Assembly: GCA_008632985.1 (NCBI GenBank) | Contig: QPGO01000015.1 | Span: forward strand, 311,998-375,997 | DNA from: Psammoneis japonica | Taxonomy: Eukaryota | DNA: 64,000 nucleotides | Direction: 5' to 3' | Shown here: positions 26,497 through 40,419 of the stretch, piece by piece | How positions within the stretch are numbered: position 1 is the stretch's first letter | Layout: each line of letters begins with the position of its first letter | Program-made: the position numbers and the translations under genes | The notes under the pieces: model-generated | The model's input: only the letters and a program-made list of their open reading frames with translations | Told to the model about the DNA's origin: nothing | Databases searched by the model: none

Positions 26497-27042
26497 TGGG
26501 CACGTATCCTGCAGTGATTATAACCACGACTCTAGCAAGGTAGCCAGAAAACGCTCAGACAAGTCCTAGTCTAAACCCATGATTTTCCTTTTCGTGATGT
26601 CAGCTTGAGCTCTCCGACCAACTTATTTGGCAGCGATGACGCACCTCTGGAGGTGAAACATAATTTTCACTTGACAAACGATGTGTTCGGCGAAAGTGAA
26701 ATTCATGGGATTCAAGCATCAACGATCACAGCTGCCAACCGAGGAGTACAAGTAGTGTTGAAGACAACATACCGCTTGAGACCAAGGCGCCAGCCGCATC
26801 CCTGCTAGTGACACTGAGACATACTGTTGACCATCTCAGGTAGTTTAAAAAGACTTGGTATCGTGCTCTACAGTAGAGAAATGACGTGTTGGACGGACAT
26901 GGTTGCCGCTTCGTTCTCTCCTCATAGTATGGTGCTTGGAAAGAACTCTGATTATTTAGTCACATCAGTCAATCAGGATGCCGTGGCCGTTCAAGGCAAG
27001 GGGTGAACTTATTTTGATTAGGCAGACGAATTCCCACATTCA

Positions 27043-30000
27043 TTATGCTCCCACTGCAATTGAATTCGTGGCCGACATAACGGCCTCCCATATCTCCTTC
27101 AGCAGATTCTTTCGACGCGTGGCCACAATACCTGTCACTCCGCTCAATATTGTGTCACTCTTGCACATTCCCATGATCTTCTGCAAGGCAATTGCACATT
27201 CACGGCGCACCGACGGATCTCGCACATTTGCCTTCCTCAATGTATTCAACATTGAAAAGAAAGCTCTCCTGAATATTTGCGTAACATCAAGATCACCCTC
27301 CTGGCAAAGCACATTCACCGGCACTCCCAGTGGACCAATGACAAGGAAGAACGAAGAAACCATGACGCTCAGGCATACATATACGAGGGTTCTCACATCA
27401 ACATCGTTTCCAGAGCCATGGGTAAGAGCGATTCGCAACGCTGCATCAGCAGTCTTCAATCGATCTGCAGCCGTCTGGGAGTCTTTCTCTGAAAGCAACG
27501 CCGTGAAAGCCCCGGCGCTGTTTTCTAGAGCTTCCGGTACGCATTCGACAATCCAGTCAACCGCTTCGTCGGGAACCCCCTGCTTTATCAGCATTGCAAT
27601 TATCCCCGGTTGCTTTGCTACGAGCAATCTGACCAAGTTCCACGTCATCGAGCAGTGCAGCGCACCATTGTTAATATGTGGTGACCCTCCGCAAGCAGAT
27701 GTTATGAGGCACCTTACGATTACCATGTTCCGAGCCATGATCAATTCAGTTGCGGTTTCCTCGGCCCTTGAAAGCCGGTTGACGATTGCATCGTTGGCCT
27801 TTAGCAGTCGGTTCAAGATGCTCAAGGCCATTCGACGTAGCCCTTGGCACATAAAAATAGAGCAAGGGCATTTCAACACCACCAATGGATCGCGACAAAG
27901 CATGCCATATGTGAAATATGGCAAGGGTGAGTTCCGTGTCCTCAACATGGCAGCTACCGTAGTAGCATCCACTTCAGAAAAGGGCAGATGCATCTGTGCA
28001 ACTAGGTAGGCCCTTTCAGCGAAAACACCCGACGGATCGATTCCACCGCCATCAAGGCAGGCTAAGACAGATGAAGACAGCATCTCTTTTATTGCACGAT
28101 GGCTGGTCTTTCCTATCTGGTTGAATGTGCAAGGAATACAACAACTCGCTTCCATGGGACATTGCGCGTTGGAAGCAATACCGGGAAAATGCCTTCCCAA
28201 CATGCCCTCGAATTCAACACCAAAGGTACGCTCGGTCGGTCTTCTCCATTTGGCGAGTATTTCACAAGCACAGATGAGCTGCCTCTGGGGGAGCTGCTGA
28301 GGATCAATGCAGAAAGGTGAATCGGGCTCCAACTCCGAATAGGTAAGACAGTAATACACCTGAAGTACAAAAGCATATGCATCAAGAGACAGACTGCCAC
28401 ATTCATGTTGCCATGTTATCTTGCTTGCAAGCATATCAAGATCCATTTCCGTCACAAGTGGTAGATTCGGCTCTTGGTGTTTAGAAAGCAGTACGACACC
28501 TTCCGTAATAAGCGATCCTGCGTTTCTGCTTTCAATCAAGGCCTTGCATTTTGTAGGATCATGCAACAGATTTCTCAGAATATCACGCAGCTCGGAAGGG
28601 TGCATATCCCCGGCTTTGATGGAGTCTACGACCGCAGATGCGTCCACAAGTATCGACGATTCTAACGCACCGAGATGGGACGCTGAAACAAACTTCTCAT
28701 TGCTAACGACAGAACCGGCGATTTCCTCTAATCTCGCGACTGACGCACTATCAACAGAACGTAAGGCTTCTCTTCCAGTCCTGTCGCCCTCTATTACACC
28801 TATGATTAGATTCAAAAGCTCTGTGACTTCGGATCGGCAAAGAAAGCCGGCCACACGCGCAGTGAACACGTCACTCTTGATCGAAACCGATGATACCAGC
28901 ATTGTCCGCAGCAACTTCTCCAATTCTTCCCGATCAGCAATGCTCATTACGTCATGAGATTTGTAAAACCGAAGATTTGTCAATAGACACGACGAAACCA
29001 GTAGCTGATAGCATCTGTCCATCTTAGAGCTCGTACTCGCGGTTTCAGTTTGACTGGCCAACTTTGACATCTTATTCGCTAGCAGGTGTAGTTCAGTCGT
29101 TATTCCCTTTGCGAGTTTTGTTTCGTCAGCTGGTGAATCAGATATCTTCGAACTCAAATGAAGTCGTGCCATTAATAAGGAATACGCGTGGAGAAGAAGA
29201 GCTGTGTTACCCCATGAATCCATATTGCCGTTGGAGCGAAGCGCCACTAGAGCCTTTGCAATACTGCAGCATGATTTACAGACAAGCGATGGATTTTTCT
29301 GTAGAAGGTGTTGCAGGGAAGGCATCGCATAATTTTGGTGAGATGGGTAGCGAGGTCGGATGCGTCTAAAAGCTGACTTATTCCGTTGGCGGATGGGTGC
29401 CACAGACGAAGTTTGAGCGGTGGGACTTGCAACAGACAAGTGCCGGATGAGCAGCGACGCCAATAAAGAAGGGTCTGTAACACAAAGCTCCAACAACAAA
29501 TCAACCATGACACCATTTGAGCCCTGCAATAAAGCCACAACACGCCCGGTTTCAACCTGAGACAGTCGCGCTATAGCTCTAACAGCGGAAGTCGCCGCGC
29601 TGGATATCAGATCACGGCTTCGTTGATTGGTGGATGGCGATGTTAAGTAGGCGCTTCGATAAGCATCAATACAGCCTTTCACGAGGCATGGAGATGCATC
29701 GGGACAATTTGCTGCCATTCGCGCCACCAAATCAGCCGTCTGTGGGCTTGCCGTGCGGCACAAGGCGTTCTGACAAAAAAAGGTTTCGCACGAGCAAATG
29801 AGTACAAAAATCTGGGACCAGCCTACAATGAATGCAACTTACCGCGACATGCCGATGACGGAGAACCGGCGCGTTGTGCATGAGAGCAACAATTGTTGCA
29901 CCCAAGTCGCTTCCTCCGATCGCTCCGACGCTATCCACCGCTTCCATGAGCAAAGAATCTGACGTGACTGCGAGGGCCACCGTTCCAATCTCATTTTCAC

Positions 30001-30784
30001 CAGAGTCCTCTCCAGATGAAGATACTGGTTTGAGTGATTCAACAACTAGGGATACCACCTCGCTCAGGGTCTTGTTCACCATGGACTCCTGGCTGTCCTC
30101 AACGGCAACAGATGCGCCCACGAGAAAAGCCTGGGAGTTCTGAGGAGATTCGTTTTCGGTTTTGGTGGTCGGGCTGGATTTAGATTTTTGTTGTCGAGCC
30201 TTAGACTCTTCTTCTATGTCAACAGAGGTATCATAATCACTTTCGTCTTCTTCGGCGACAATTTCGTCTGAAGCGCCCGCGTCCTCAGATTTGACATGCT
30301 CCGACATCCTTCGTCTCTTACGACGCCCAGAGGAAGAAGCAGCGACGAGGTCTCGAGTGTCCCACCAACCATCCCACTTCCTTTTCGCTTGTCTGTTTTC
30401 AGTTCTAGAATAAACACGTTTGAGGGGTGGAGTTCTTGCGATCTTTCGACTTACGGACGGAGCCAGATTGACTAATGCATCAACGCTCTCGGCAGCTGAA
30501 TAAGAAGCGGCCACATCCTCCAAACGAGATACAACTCCATCTATTACATCATCTGAGGGTGATTCTTCTGTTTCATCGCATTTTTCTTTGCCGCCAATGA
30601 GTGGAACTGAGGCCAGTGGTTGCGATCCGGATAAAAGGCGCAAAAGAAGTGGAAGACGGTGGATTTGTTCCCGCCGACGCCCTTCGTCGTCATGGCCCTG
30701 ATGGTCTGGTGACAGTGCCAGCTCTATCTCTCCAAGACGTAACCAGTCATGAAGGGATCCCTGTTCCGGTTTGGTCTTTGACAT
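27043..30784 (-). CDS. INTS2: Integrator complex subunit 2-like; exons 30784-29843 and 29769-27043
   Basis: C-terminal 'RDPLVVLKC', 'LSILNRLLKAN' and 'PGIIAMLIKQGVP..AVDWIVECVP' resemble the conserved INTS2 C-terminus. The GT-AG intron restores the frame. Confidence 0.65.
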
Positions 30785-31035
30785 CGTTAACGACGTCTTC
30801 TTTACTCTCTAGTAGCTAGTAGTAGTAGAGAGTGCATATCCGCCGTTTCTTCCATCGTCGCCCCTCGAATAATCTCAAATCAGCACTCATCGTTATCCAC
30901 GTGTCTGAATCATCTGGTCGCTGAGGATGCGTCGTCCTCGTGTGATCCTGCGTGACATACAATGGTGGCCGCCTTTGGAAACAATGTCGCCAACAGAGAA
31001 TCAGTAAGGTTCGAAGTATTTTTTAAGAGATATAT

Positions 31036-31069
31036 AACGATATATGTTTAGCAACGATATATGTTTAGC
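31036..31069. repeat. Perfect 17-bp tandem duplication (AACGATATATGTTTAGC x2) in an AT-rich divergent promoter region
   Basis: Read directly from the sequence. Confidence 0.9.
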
Positions 31070-31383
31070 GGCAATTTAAAAATTATATTTGGTATAATAC
31101 AGTATCATTAAAATTGTATTTCCACGCCAGATCGCAAATTTTGAGGCGCGCTCACTTTTTTATATTTTTTTGACTTCACCACAAAGAGCGAAGAGAGCAG
31201 CCAGCAACAGCAGCTTTCAGCGAGGCAGGTGAGGCGCTTCTTGAGAGGTTTCCAGATACTGTACAGTAGATCTCGCTTTCACCACACACGTCGTTGAGTT
31301 GCAAGTTGTCGAAAAGCAGCACAAATCTGGGAGCTTCTGGACTAGTTGTTGTCGAAGCAGAGAAAGTTCTACAGCATTGCATC

Positions 31384-33599
31384 ATGGCCGAGGCTTTAAT
31401 TTCGCCGCCAGCACACCAGAAGATGCATGGGCGAAGCACCCCAATACCCACGAACGACAATTCTTCTTTGGTATCGGCTAGTCTCTCTTTGACGACTGGT
31501 CGCGATGACAAGAAAGAAGACGACACCGTGTCGCTGTCATCGAAAACTACTGCGGTGGCGTCCAACGTTAACAAGACACAGCACACTTTGAGCACCAACA
31601 AATTGAGACTGGCTTCTTCTTCCGAGGCACGGCGAATGTTGCGTAATCGAGCCAGAGAGAAGTCCCAAAACCGAGTCGCTGGAGGGGCGGCCGCAAAGCT
31701 TATGGCTCCCGACGCACTACTTGATTCCACCCCAGAATTTGATGTCGTGAAGATAGCCTCCACAGACAGTAGTAATGTCGATTTCACGATACGCGACGAG
31801 AAAATAAATGAAATCCGTGAGCGGGCAAAGGAGGAATGGAAGAAAGGGAAACAAGAAAACAAGTACTTCTTTCCAAGCCGATCCTCCGACGACGATAGAG
31901 AGACTCCGGTTGCGACACCAAGAGAGCTCCCGAGTGCTCTTAACCGTCAAGATATATTCCACGAGACTGCGGATGCAGCACTACTTTCTTTGCTTTCGCC
32001 CACCAAGAATTTTACAGTGGGTTCATGTTTTCCTGCCGAAGAAATACAGAGCCCCATCGCCAACCCTCTCATCACTGCTAAAATCGAGAAGAAGGTAGAA
32101 GGGTTGAAAGAGAGAATGCAGGATCCTTCCAAGACTCTCTCCGACTTGTTGACATCTATTTGCTCTCGGCCTGATGGTGAAGAGATGGATAGAGGATACA
32201 TGGTAAGGAGAAAGAATGCATGTGGAGCTCTCAAAGTTCTGACGTCAAAACCAGAGAACCGCAAAACCATCTGCTGGACCGTTGGTGTTCTCACGGCATT
32301 GACCTCAGTGCTGGAAGATGCAGGCGGTGAAGGAATCGAAGTGGCATTTCCTGATAATTCAATTCGAGTTGAATACGTCGAAGCACGAAGAAGAGCCGTT
32401 TCAAGCATTTTGAATCTCGCAAAGCCAAAAGAGAACAGGTTCGCGATATTCCACAGCGTGGGGCTTGTCCAGGCCTTACTCAACACGATTAACGACGATA
32501 CTGAAGAATGTCGCCACAGCTGCTGTGCCATCCTGGCATATCTTGCCAGGACGAACGATAATCGTCTGCTCATGGCTCACATACCAGATTTCATTGATAC
32601 GCTTACAGATGTAATAGATCCTCAAGCAGACAAGGATAAGGATGTTGGGGTGGTTTTGAGTACCAGGATGGCATCACCGGCCTCCTCGATTTCCGTGCCA
32701 GACGGAGAAGTGGAGTTCGCATTGGTCGAAGATGCGGCGCCTGAAGTGGCGCCTATTCCGACTGACACAAACGGTATGAGCCCGTCCATTCCCCGCCGAG
32801 GCGCGAAAGTCTACGACAAACATCCGAACGAGCATCTAAATAGTGCCCGACAGTACGTTTTTGCCATATTCAGTCATCTGGCGAAGGAGAAAGGAAACGC
32901 CGTAAGTTCTCTTTACGTAACCAGCAAAGCATCGTCGGTTTTCTTTTTTACTTACAATTGTATGTCCCAGTTTATCTTGCCAGGCACGGGAACCTTATCG
33001 ATCTTATGGTATCGATTTCAAAATTCCACAATTGTGTGTCACACAAGCACGCTTTGGCGTTTCTCGCCAATCTCACCCGTCACAAGGATAATTCAAAGTG
33101 GCTGGTGTTTAAGCTTCCGGATGTTGTCGATGCGTTTGTTACTGCCACGATTTCTCCAGATCAAGAAAGCAAAGGGTTCGGGTGTTATGGACTTCAAAAT
33201 TTCTCTCAAGACAGAGCATGTCGTCGGGAACTTGGAAAAATGCAAAATGTGCTAAAGGCACTTTGCTCTCGAGCCCGATCTGCCACGGATGAGGGAGAAA
33301 AGCTATCCGCAATCAGCGCACTCAGAAATCTTGCCGAAGAACCGTCGAATTTAGTGCCCATGACTAATGGTCCTGAATGTGTGGCTACGTTAATACAATT
33401 CGCCTGTGCCCGAGGTGATGGTATCACCGAAACAATGCAGTATCGTGCTTGTGATGGTTTGGCTACGTTGAGTCAATGGCTCCGAAAGATTGCAACAAGA
33501 GGAGAGAAGGTTATAGGCGGAAAGGAGCAACGGGATCCAATGGCATTGAAATCCATCATTCCCACGCTGAAAGTCGTTACTTGGAACCAGTGGAACTAG
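31384..33599 (+). CDS. Armadillo-like repeat protein with a disordered N-terminus; intron 32902-32970, apparent 1-nt deletion at about 32971
   Basis: Helical repeats 'RRKNACGALKVL', 'AVSSILNLA', 'CCAILAYLA', 'ALAFLANLT' and 'AISALRNLA'. Confidence 0.75.
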
Positions 33600-33718
33600 T
33601 AGTCTTCCATTTTCATTAAAACTCTTTTTTTCAAAATGTCGACGATATGTGCCGGTACCGTAGTATCAGAGGACTCGTAGAGTTCCATTAATTTGAGCTA
33701 ATACTTAATTTTACGAGA

Positions 33719-36151
33719 TCAGTCAAAGCTACGCCAACCTGACGTGGTGTGCGATGGCAGTGGTACCATCAACAGTCCTTCCGGTGCAGTACCGGATTCG
33801 GCGGCTTTCTGCAACCAGAGACCAATCGTGGCTAGGGCATCGCACGACATGCGGCGGACGGCATCGGGGCTATCAGAATCGTGAGCAAGATGAATTAGCG
33901 TTGCCACAACTGTTCGTGTATTCGTAATAGGGACCACAGCGTCTGGATGTAAGGCGTGAAATTATGTGCGAAATTGTTTAGAAAAAAAGAAATCGGTAGA
34001 CAAGGCAGTGGAGAAAGAACGACACACCTGCATCTGTTGAAATGTTGTAAAGAGCCGCAACCGCTGCAACCTGCTGCTCGTGGTCTGTTTCAACTGCGCA
34101 TGTACTCAACACTGTGAGAATGGGAGTCGTCGCTAAGATACACCTTGCGGCTGAGTCCGACGAGATGTTCTGAAAAGCTCGCAATGCCCATAGTCGATCG
34201 TCAGGTAGTCTTGACATGACGCAGACAACCAAAGTCTCCAAAAGCTCAGGCGTATTAGCGAAAACTTCATTGTTTGCCGGGAATCTTGTCAAGTTGCACA
34301 AAATTTCGATGCACCTAGTGTGAAGTTTGCTCTCGAATTCAACTGAAGTGCTCATCATCGCTTTGAGGAAGCCATCATTTTGACCTAGAATACTCTGTAT
34401 TGGAGAGCGAAAGAGAATGATGAAGTATGTGTACCACCCCAGAACAATGTTTTAATCAGAATAAATCACAAAGGAATGAGGCACAAAGGGGTAATCGGCT
34501 ATTGCTTTCTTACCGCGCAAAAGCATTGCTTGGAGAGATGAGCTAGAGCTGCACACGCATTGTATCGGGCACAGCGTGCAAACTCGTCTTTCTGCCCATC
34601 TTTTTGGACTTTGCAGGAGCTCGGTTTCGTGTCATCTTCATCGGAAAGGTCACTGGATTTCCTGAATGACGCAGAATGCGAGGAAAGTGAGCGCATAGAT
34701 GAACCATCACTGGAAGAATCTGGTTGTTCCAAGTCATCTCCAGAAGACTCGTCATCCTTTCGAAGCTGATTGCACTTTCTTTTGACTATAGAAGCAAGCA
34801 TTGAAACAAGATTCTTCTTCTGTACCATTTGCTCTCGATTGGAAGCTGTCTTGGCCAGCATGGCGAGTGCGCCGCAGGCATGAGCCCGGGCTTCACCATC
34901 GTCTATCTCCAGAACTCGAACTAGCGACTCGCAAAGCCCGGGGTGAGCCATAAGTATATCCCGATTGTGCTTGGGCTCGGAAAGATGAAGCAGTGATACT
35001 ACCGCCCTGGCTCTCGCTGTGGTCCCGAGTTGCGCGTTTTCTGGTCCAAAGGAAGCGTTTACTGCTGAGAGCAGAGCATCCAGTAGGCCTACTGTACGCG
35101 CCATGGCGAGCTGATTTTTCTTTTGCAACGACAGCACTTTCAAAGCACCAAGGGCGTTCGCGCGCCGAGACAGCGAATCACCTCTAGCAGCCACAATCAA
35201 TTCTTGAAGCTTTGGCGTCGGACTTGACCACACTCCATCAGAGTTTGGTGGCTTTGCCTTGTTATCCTGAATGATTTCGTGCGAAGGCCTCGGAGAAGCA
35301 AGAGGGGTAGGAGTAGGATAGGGATCCTTGAACTGCACCTGACGAGGATGGATCTTCCTTGGTTGCGACGTGTTGGTGGCAGGCTTCAGACTCTTATCCT
35401 GTTGATCGTCCTCATCTTCAGAAACCTGAGGCGAAATCGCCCACGGGTTCTCAGAGGGACTTGTTTTCCCAGACCTTTCGGAACCGTTTTGAGACGATTC
35501 CTCATGATCCGCTTCATTCATTGTCGGATCACCCGACAAATCCATTGCACCGGAGCTCCTACCCTTTGTTTTAGTAAGCTCCTCTTCCTTTCCTTCCCTG
35601 GATACAGGTAATATGTCACCTGCGAGATCGTTCGACCTGTCTGATCCGCCTGTTGGCTTGTCATCATCTGATCTCTTGCTGCTTTTGCTCGACTGCGGCT
35701 GGTCTTCGTCTTGTGTTTCACTGAATTCTTCGTGAATCATGTCCCTAGCAACTGAAAAGGACGTCTCCGTCGCTCGCATGCTTGATTCTCCATCATCCTC
35801 AGCAACGTCGCCAGTTACATTCAGAATCTCCCGAATGGCAGCGTCAACGGAGTTTTCAGTCTCGACGCTGTTGTCTAAAAGCTCCTTGGACTGGGAACGC
35901 CCCTGCTCGTCAATTGACTCATGGATCGCAGTGTAGCTACCTTTAGGCCTTGTGGCTTCTCGAGCCATTTTAAGCGCATTGGAGACAAGCTTTCTCACCT
36001 CATCCTGTGACATGCCAGAATGAGTGCTCTGCCATTCGTAAGAACAATCTGAAATGGCAGATTTCTTATCAAGCATGTCATTTTCGATGGAAGTTTGATG
36101 GGCCTCAGAAGAATTGATTGAAACCTCGTCCAAGGGATGTTCAGAAGACAT
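33719..36151 (-). CDS. Armadillo-like repeat protein, paralog of 31384-33599; exons 36151-34514, 34394-34028, 33942-33719
   Basis: 'RRANALGALKVL', 'AVVSLLHLS', 'ACGALAMLA', 'ILCNLTR', 'AVAALYNIS' and 'CDALATIGLWL'. The GT-AG introns preserve frame. Confidence 0.8.
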
Positions 36152-36901
36152 GATCTGAGGCAGAATGTTCTTGTTCAGAAGACTGGAGAGTTCGTGATGA
36201 AGGAAACCGATGAGTTTCACCAAAAAGACGGTGTACGAGCAAAAATCGCCTCGTTCAATGTCTTGCTCGTTTCTTATATTAGATCTTTGCTGTTTCGCTG
36301 AACAACTTCAGCGACATCAAGCATCGCAGCCCTGCCTGCTACAGACAGTCTACAGTACCTGGTACCGGTATTGACTATTGTCAGTGCAACGAAATGCGAC
36401 ACATACACACACATACAAGAAGAAGTACTGTAGTGTGAGCGATGGGCGGGGCTCGCCGGTCCCGCGGGGCGAGGGAAAAATGGCGCGAAGCCCAAAGAAG
36501 AAGAAGTGGTATGAATTTGACGTAGAATTCCACATGCTGTCGCCTCTCGCCCAAATCGCCGTTGAATTTAAATTAGATATTCATAGTTGGAGAAAGGCAA
36601 GTGATGTGCTGAGTTGAAACATATTAGAGGTCATATGTATGAATATGCTCCAAATTCAAATTTTGGGTTATGAGACAATTTCATCTGGAAACTAGCGCCG
36701 CGCGCAGCGGTTCCGTCTGGACTTCGTCAGGGTACTGTAAAAAAGCACTTTTTGAAAAACATCAAAAAAACGCACGCCATGACGAGCGCCGTCTTGCGGA
36801 CGTTTATTTCACAATAACTACAAGGCTTATCACAGTCATACTAAAGGAACCGTTTCTTCTTCTACACTCAAGTGATACTGTATCTTCAAATTTTTCACAG
36901 G

Positions 36902-39860
36902 ATGTCAATGTCAGCGAAGAAAAGGGCTCGGAGAGTGTATGGTGGTTCGTCTCGGTCAAACGGGGTGACTGTTGAATGTGAGCTCGGATCGTTTTATTCG
37001 TCGGAGAAGACGTGTACAAGTTGTGAGAATGCAATATATACTTCAATTGAAAGCTATTATGAGCTGGGTTGTGCCGACAAATGTGCAATATGCGTTAGTT
37101 GCTTCGGCAGCACTGTCGCATTGAGAGGTTGTGACGCAACGCTATACTGCGGGGTATGCAACAGACAAACAACCTAATATGCAATACATGCAGTCCGTTT
37201 TGAACGTCATAATGGCACTATCAAACCAATTAAACAACCCAGCTATCATAAAATCACTCCTCCCAATTCCAAGATGGATCCGGTGCGTCATTTCATCCGA
37301 AACAAGGAAACACCGGACCAACTCTTCGGAGACAACACTCACATCGCGTCATCAAGGATTCACGATTATTCTTCACTGACCTTTGCTGGATACAAAGAGG
37401 ACGGTGATATTGCGGTTGTTTCAACGGTTCTACCCACTTACTCGCAGGATGATTGGACGAGCGAAATGAAAGAAGCGCTCGAGAAAATCTTCAAGTTTTT
37501 TCACACCATCCTGATCACCCTTTGCCCGACGAAAAAGTTTGATTCATTAGAGCTATCGAATCGGTCAACTTTAACAAAGCTTGCATACAATCAGGAGTTC
37601 ATTCTCCTCAGATGTCTCTACGCTCTTGGGTATGGAGAAATACTGGACGATAGCATACCTGCACTCCAAGTGCTGAACCAGTCCAAAGTGTGGGACAAGC
37701 ACTTGAAGTGCGTCTTTACTGCTGCTGATATGCTGCTCTACCTTCGAAATCAGCATTCAGGGGTTACAAAATCAGTGTTAAGTAAACAGTTAGGGACGGT
37801 TCTGGTTCAGAGTCAGACTGATAGCTCATGATGATGAATGCCGGTAGCTACAGTCGATTCCGGTCTACGTCACATATCAAGCGGTATGGTATGTTAATCG
37901 GAGACGCATTCTCAATAGTTCAATGACAATGCTAGTATTGTTCACCGCTTTGAAACAACTTCCTCTCACAGAGTCTCCAGTGTCTTGTAATCAGAAGCCA
38001 AGTGCCGTTCGACGATATCTATCTCGAGCATATTGTGGCAAAGCAATCTGCGCTCTCTCCCCACCCCATACATCAAGGACGTGCAAGTAATTTTCAGAAT
38101 ATGCTAGTCAATACTGTATCTGGGAAAGCTAATAGATTTCGGGCCAATTCCCCTCATGATAAAAGCCACTGCATCTCCGATCAAAGGTGGCATTCCTCGT
38201 TCTTTCACTTGTCCGCCGGTCATGGCAACGGTTATGCTGTCTGATGCTACAGTGGCGGATGCTGTCTTTTCTTGTGATCCTTGACCTTGCGCTACGTTCC
38301 CAATCTCGACCTGATTTGCATTGACGGGAAAGCTAAAAGTAGTACATACTCGCTATTTCAGTGGTCGTACGGCAGGCGTTAAATTCGAAATATTTTTATT
38401 CAGCTTTTAGTACAAAACATAAAACAGTGACGGTCTGTCTGGCTCCACGTTCCAGCACACACCTACATACGGTACTACACAGACAGACCCACCACACGGC
38501 ACCACACGGCCATAGCAAATTAAAAATGCAATGCGAGCCTGCAGTGTGATTGTAGGACCCTCTCTCTAGCTAGCTAGACTCCTTTCAATGTGAAATACCG
38601 GCAGGTAACCAAGCCGGATGCAACACCTTTGGACTGCACCAAAACTTACCCAACTTGCAAAAGCTTCACAAAGACAGAGACTTGCTGGTTTTCTTTGCCA
38701 ATGCAGGGGGTCTTGGAAAGCCCACAACGAAGGAAACACATGAAGCAGACACAACTCTTTACGCATGGTACATGGACGTTCGAGATTCATACAGACTAGT
38801 GTCATGAAGCTGTCGAAACAGGAATTTGAAATTTTTGGAAGACTCCTCTCAAACGCCTTGGCTCATTCAGGAAAATCGGTGAAGAATTTCCGAGTTTCGA
38901 AACAGTGGGAATTGGTTCTTTGATCCATTAGAGAAAGCATCAGTGTCGCACCGTCTTTCATGAGTCCAAATTCAATGGAAAAAGGCAACACAGATCTCAG
39001 TGCCCACTATGACCTTTCAAACGATCTGACAGCGGGCTCCAAGGGATTGCAATACTAAGGATGCAGAACACCGTAAGGAGTCTTCGCACGGAGGAGGACT
39101 TGCGCAGTATCTTTCTGCGAGCAAGCCAGAACTCTCATCACCGGTAAACTCGACGGGTACAGTATCGATTCCAAGCGTCTTCGCCGTCCTCGCTGTCTTA
39201 AAAAAAGGTCTCTTCAAAGGGTAGTAGCACCAACAAACCTTGGCTCTCTTTTCCAGCTCGACCTGTGCGTCCGAAGCGGTGAATGTAGTTTCCTTGATGT
39301 CGGGTGCTCCATACAGTACACCCGTTTTAATTCAGTACGAGACGATTCTTCAAACTGGGATGCTCGACCTGCTCAGGAGCGATAATGACGCGCAGGCAAG
39401 TTGCGCGTCGCTTTTCCGTTCTGGTGGGTAGCTACTTCAACTCTTTTTGTTGTTACGCAACACGGCCGGCAGTCATCATCCAATCCATCCATCAAATAAT
39501 CAAACTCGAGAGGTATTATCTTGCCTACGAAACTTGCCCCACACTGCACTCCACACTGAACTGTGCTCGAAAGCGTTTCGTTGTTTGGGATGCTCAATAA
39601 GCCCTTGTACAGGTAGGGCCTACCGGTACATTGTATGGTGAATGTTCCCGTTGCTCAAGTACTCTTTTGTATGCTTTCAAAACTGGCGGTATGGTCAAGT
39701 CGATTCGACCATACGTACATTGAAGAATTTCCGACTTTCGAACTAACGAGAATAATTGGTGCTGTGATCGACGATGCGGTGGTTGATGGTTGATGAGGAT
39801 GTCAACAGCGACAAACACAACATCATCATCTTGGGTGATGATGCATGGATCGATTCATTC
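36902..39860 (+). pseudogene. Decayed long ORF of unknown family with an N-terminal RING-like Cys cluster
   Basis: 'CTSC...C.DKCAICVSC...CGVC'. ORFs 36872..37177 and 37274..37831 share a frame, separated by one TAA. Downstream sequence looks coding but has many stops and frameshifts. Confidence 0.4.
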
Positions 39861-40419
39861 TGGGCGAACATTCGGTCGGCCACGCGCGCACCGCGCGCTC
39901 AGTTTGCTCGAAATTCGTGGCTACGAAAAACCTACGTTGATTTTACTACCACGAGATTCTCGCCAGAGCGAGAAATCCGTTGGGCCGTCCGCGACTTGGC
40001 TCACAATTTCCAAATTCAGCCGTTTTGTTGCTGGTCGATTGTTTTTCTTTGTTGGCTTCCAAGCGGTGAGTGTTGGTCTTGTGCAGTTCCATTCTGATTG
40101 TTGTTGCGTTCGATTTCCTCATCATGCGTCTCGTGTGTCACTTCTGTTTGTGGCAACGTTGAGAGACGCTCTGGCAGGTGTCAAACGACAAATCAAAGCT
40201 CGGATTTACCGGTGGTGTCGAGTTTGAAATCGACTTGAAAAACCGCTGTCCTTTCCGTCTGGCGAGAGGCAAGAATTTCTTTGTGTCGCTGTTGCATTTG
40301 TCCGTTCTCCTCTTTGTGGAAGTCTCCCCATCTCTGTCTCTCTCTGACAAACATGCTTTGTTTTCGTCTTTCCCGCAAGTGAAGCTTGAAGGTTGTCTCG
40401 CAGGCCATTTGAATCAAGT

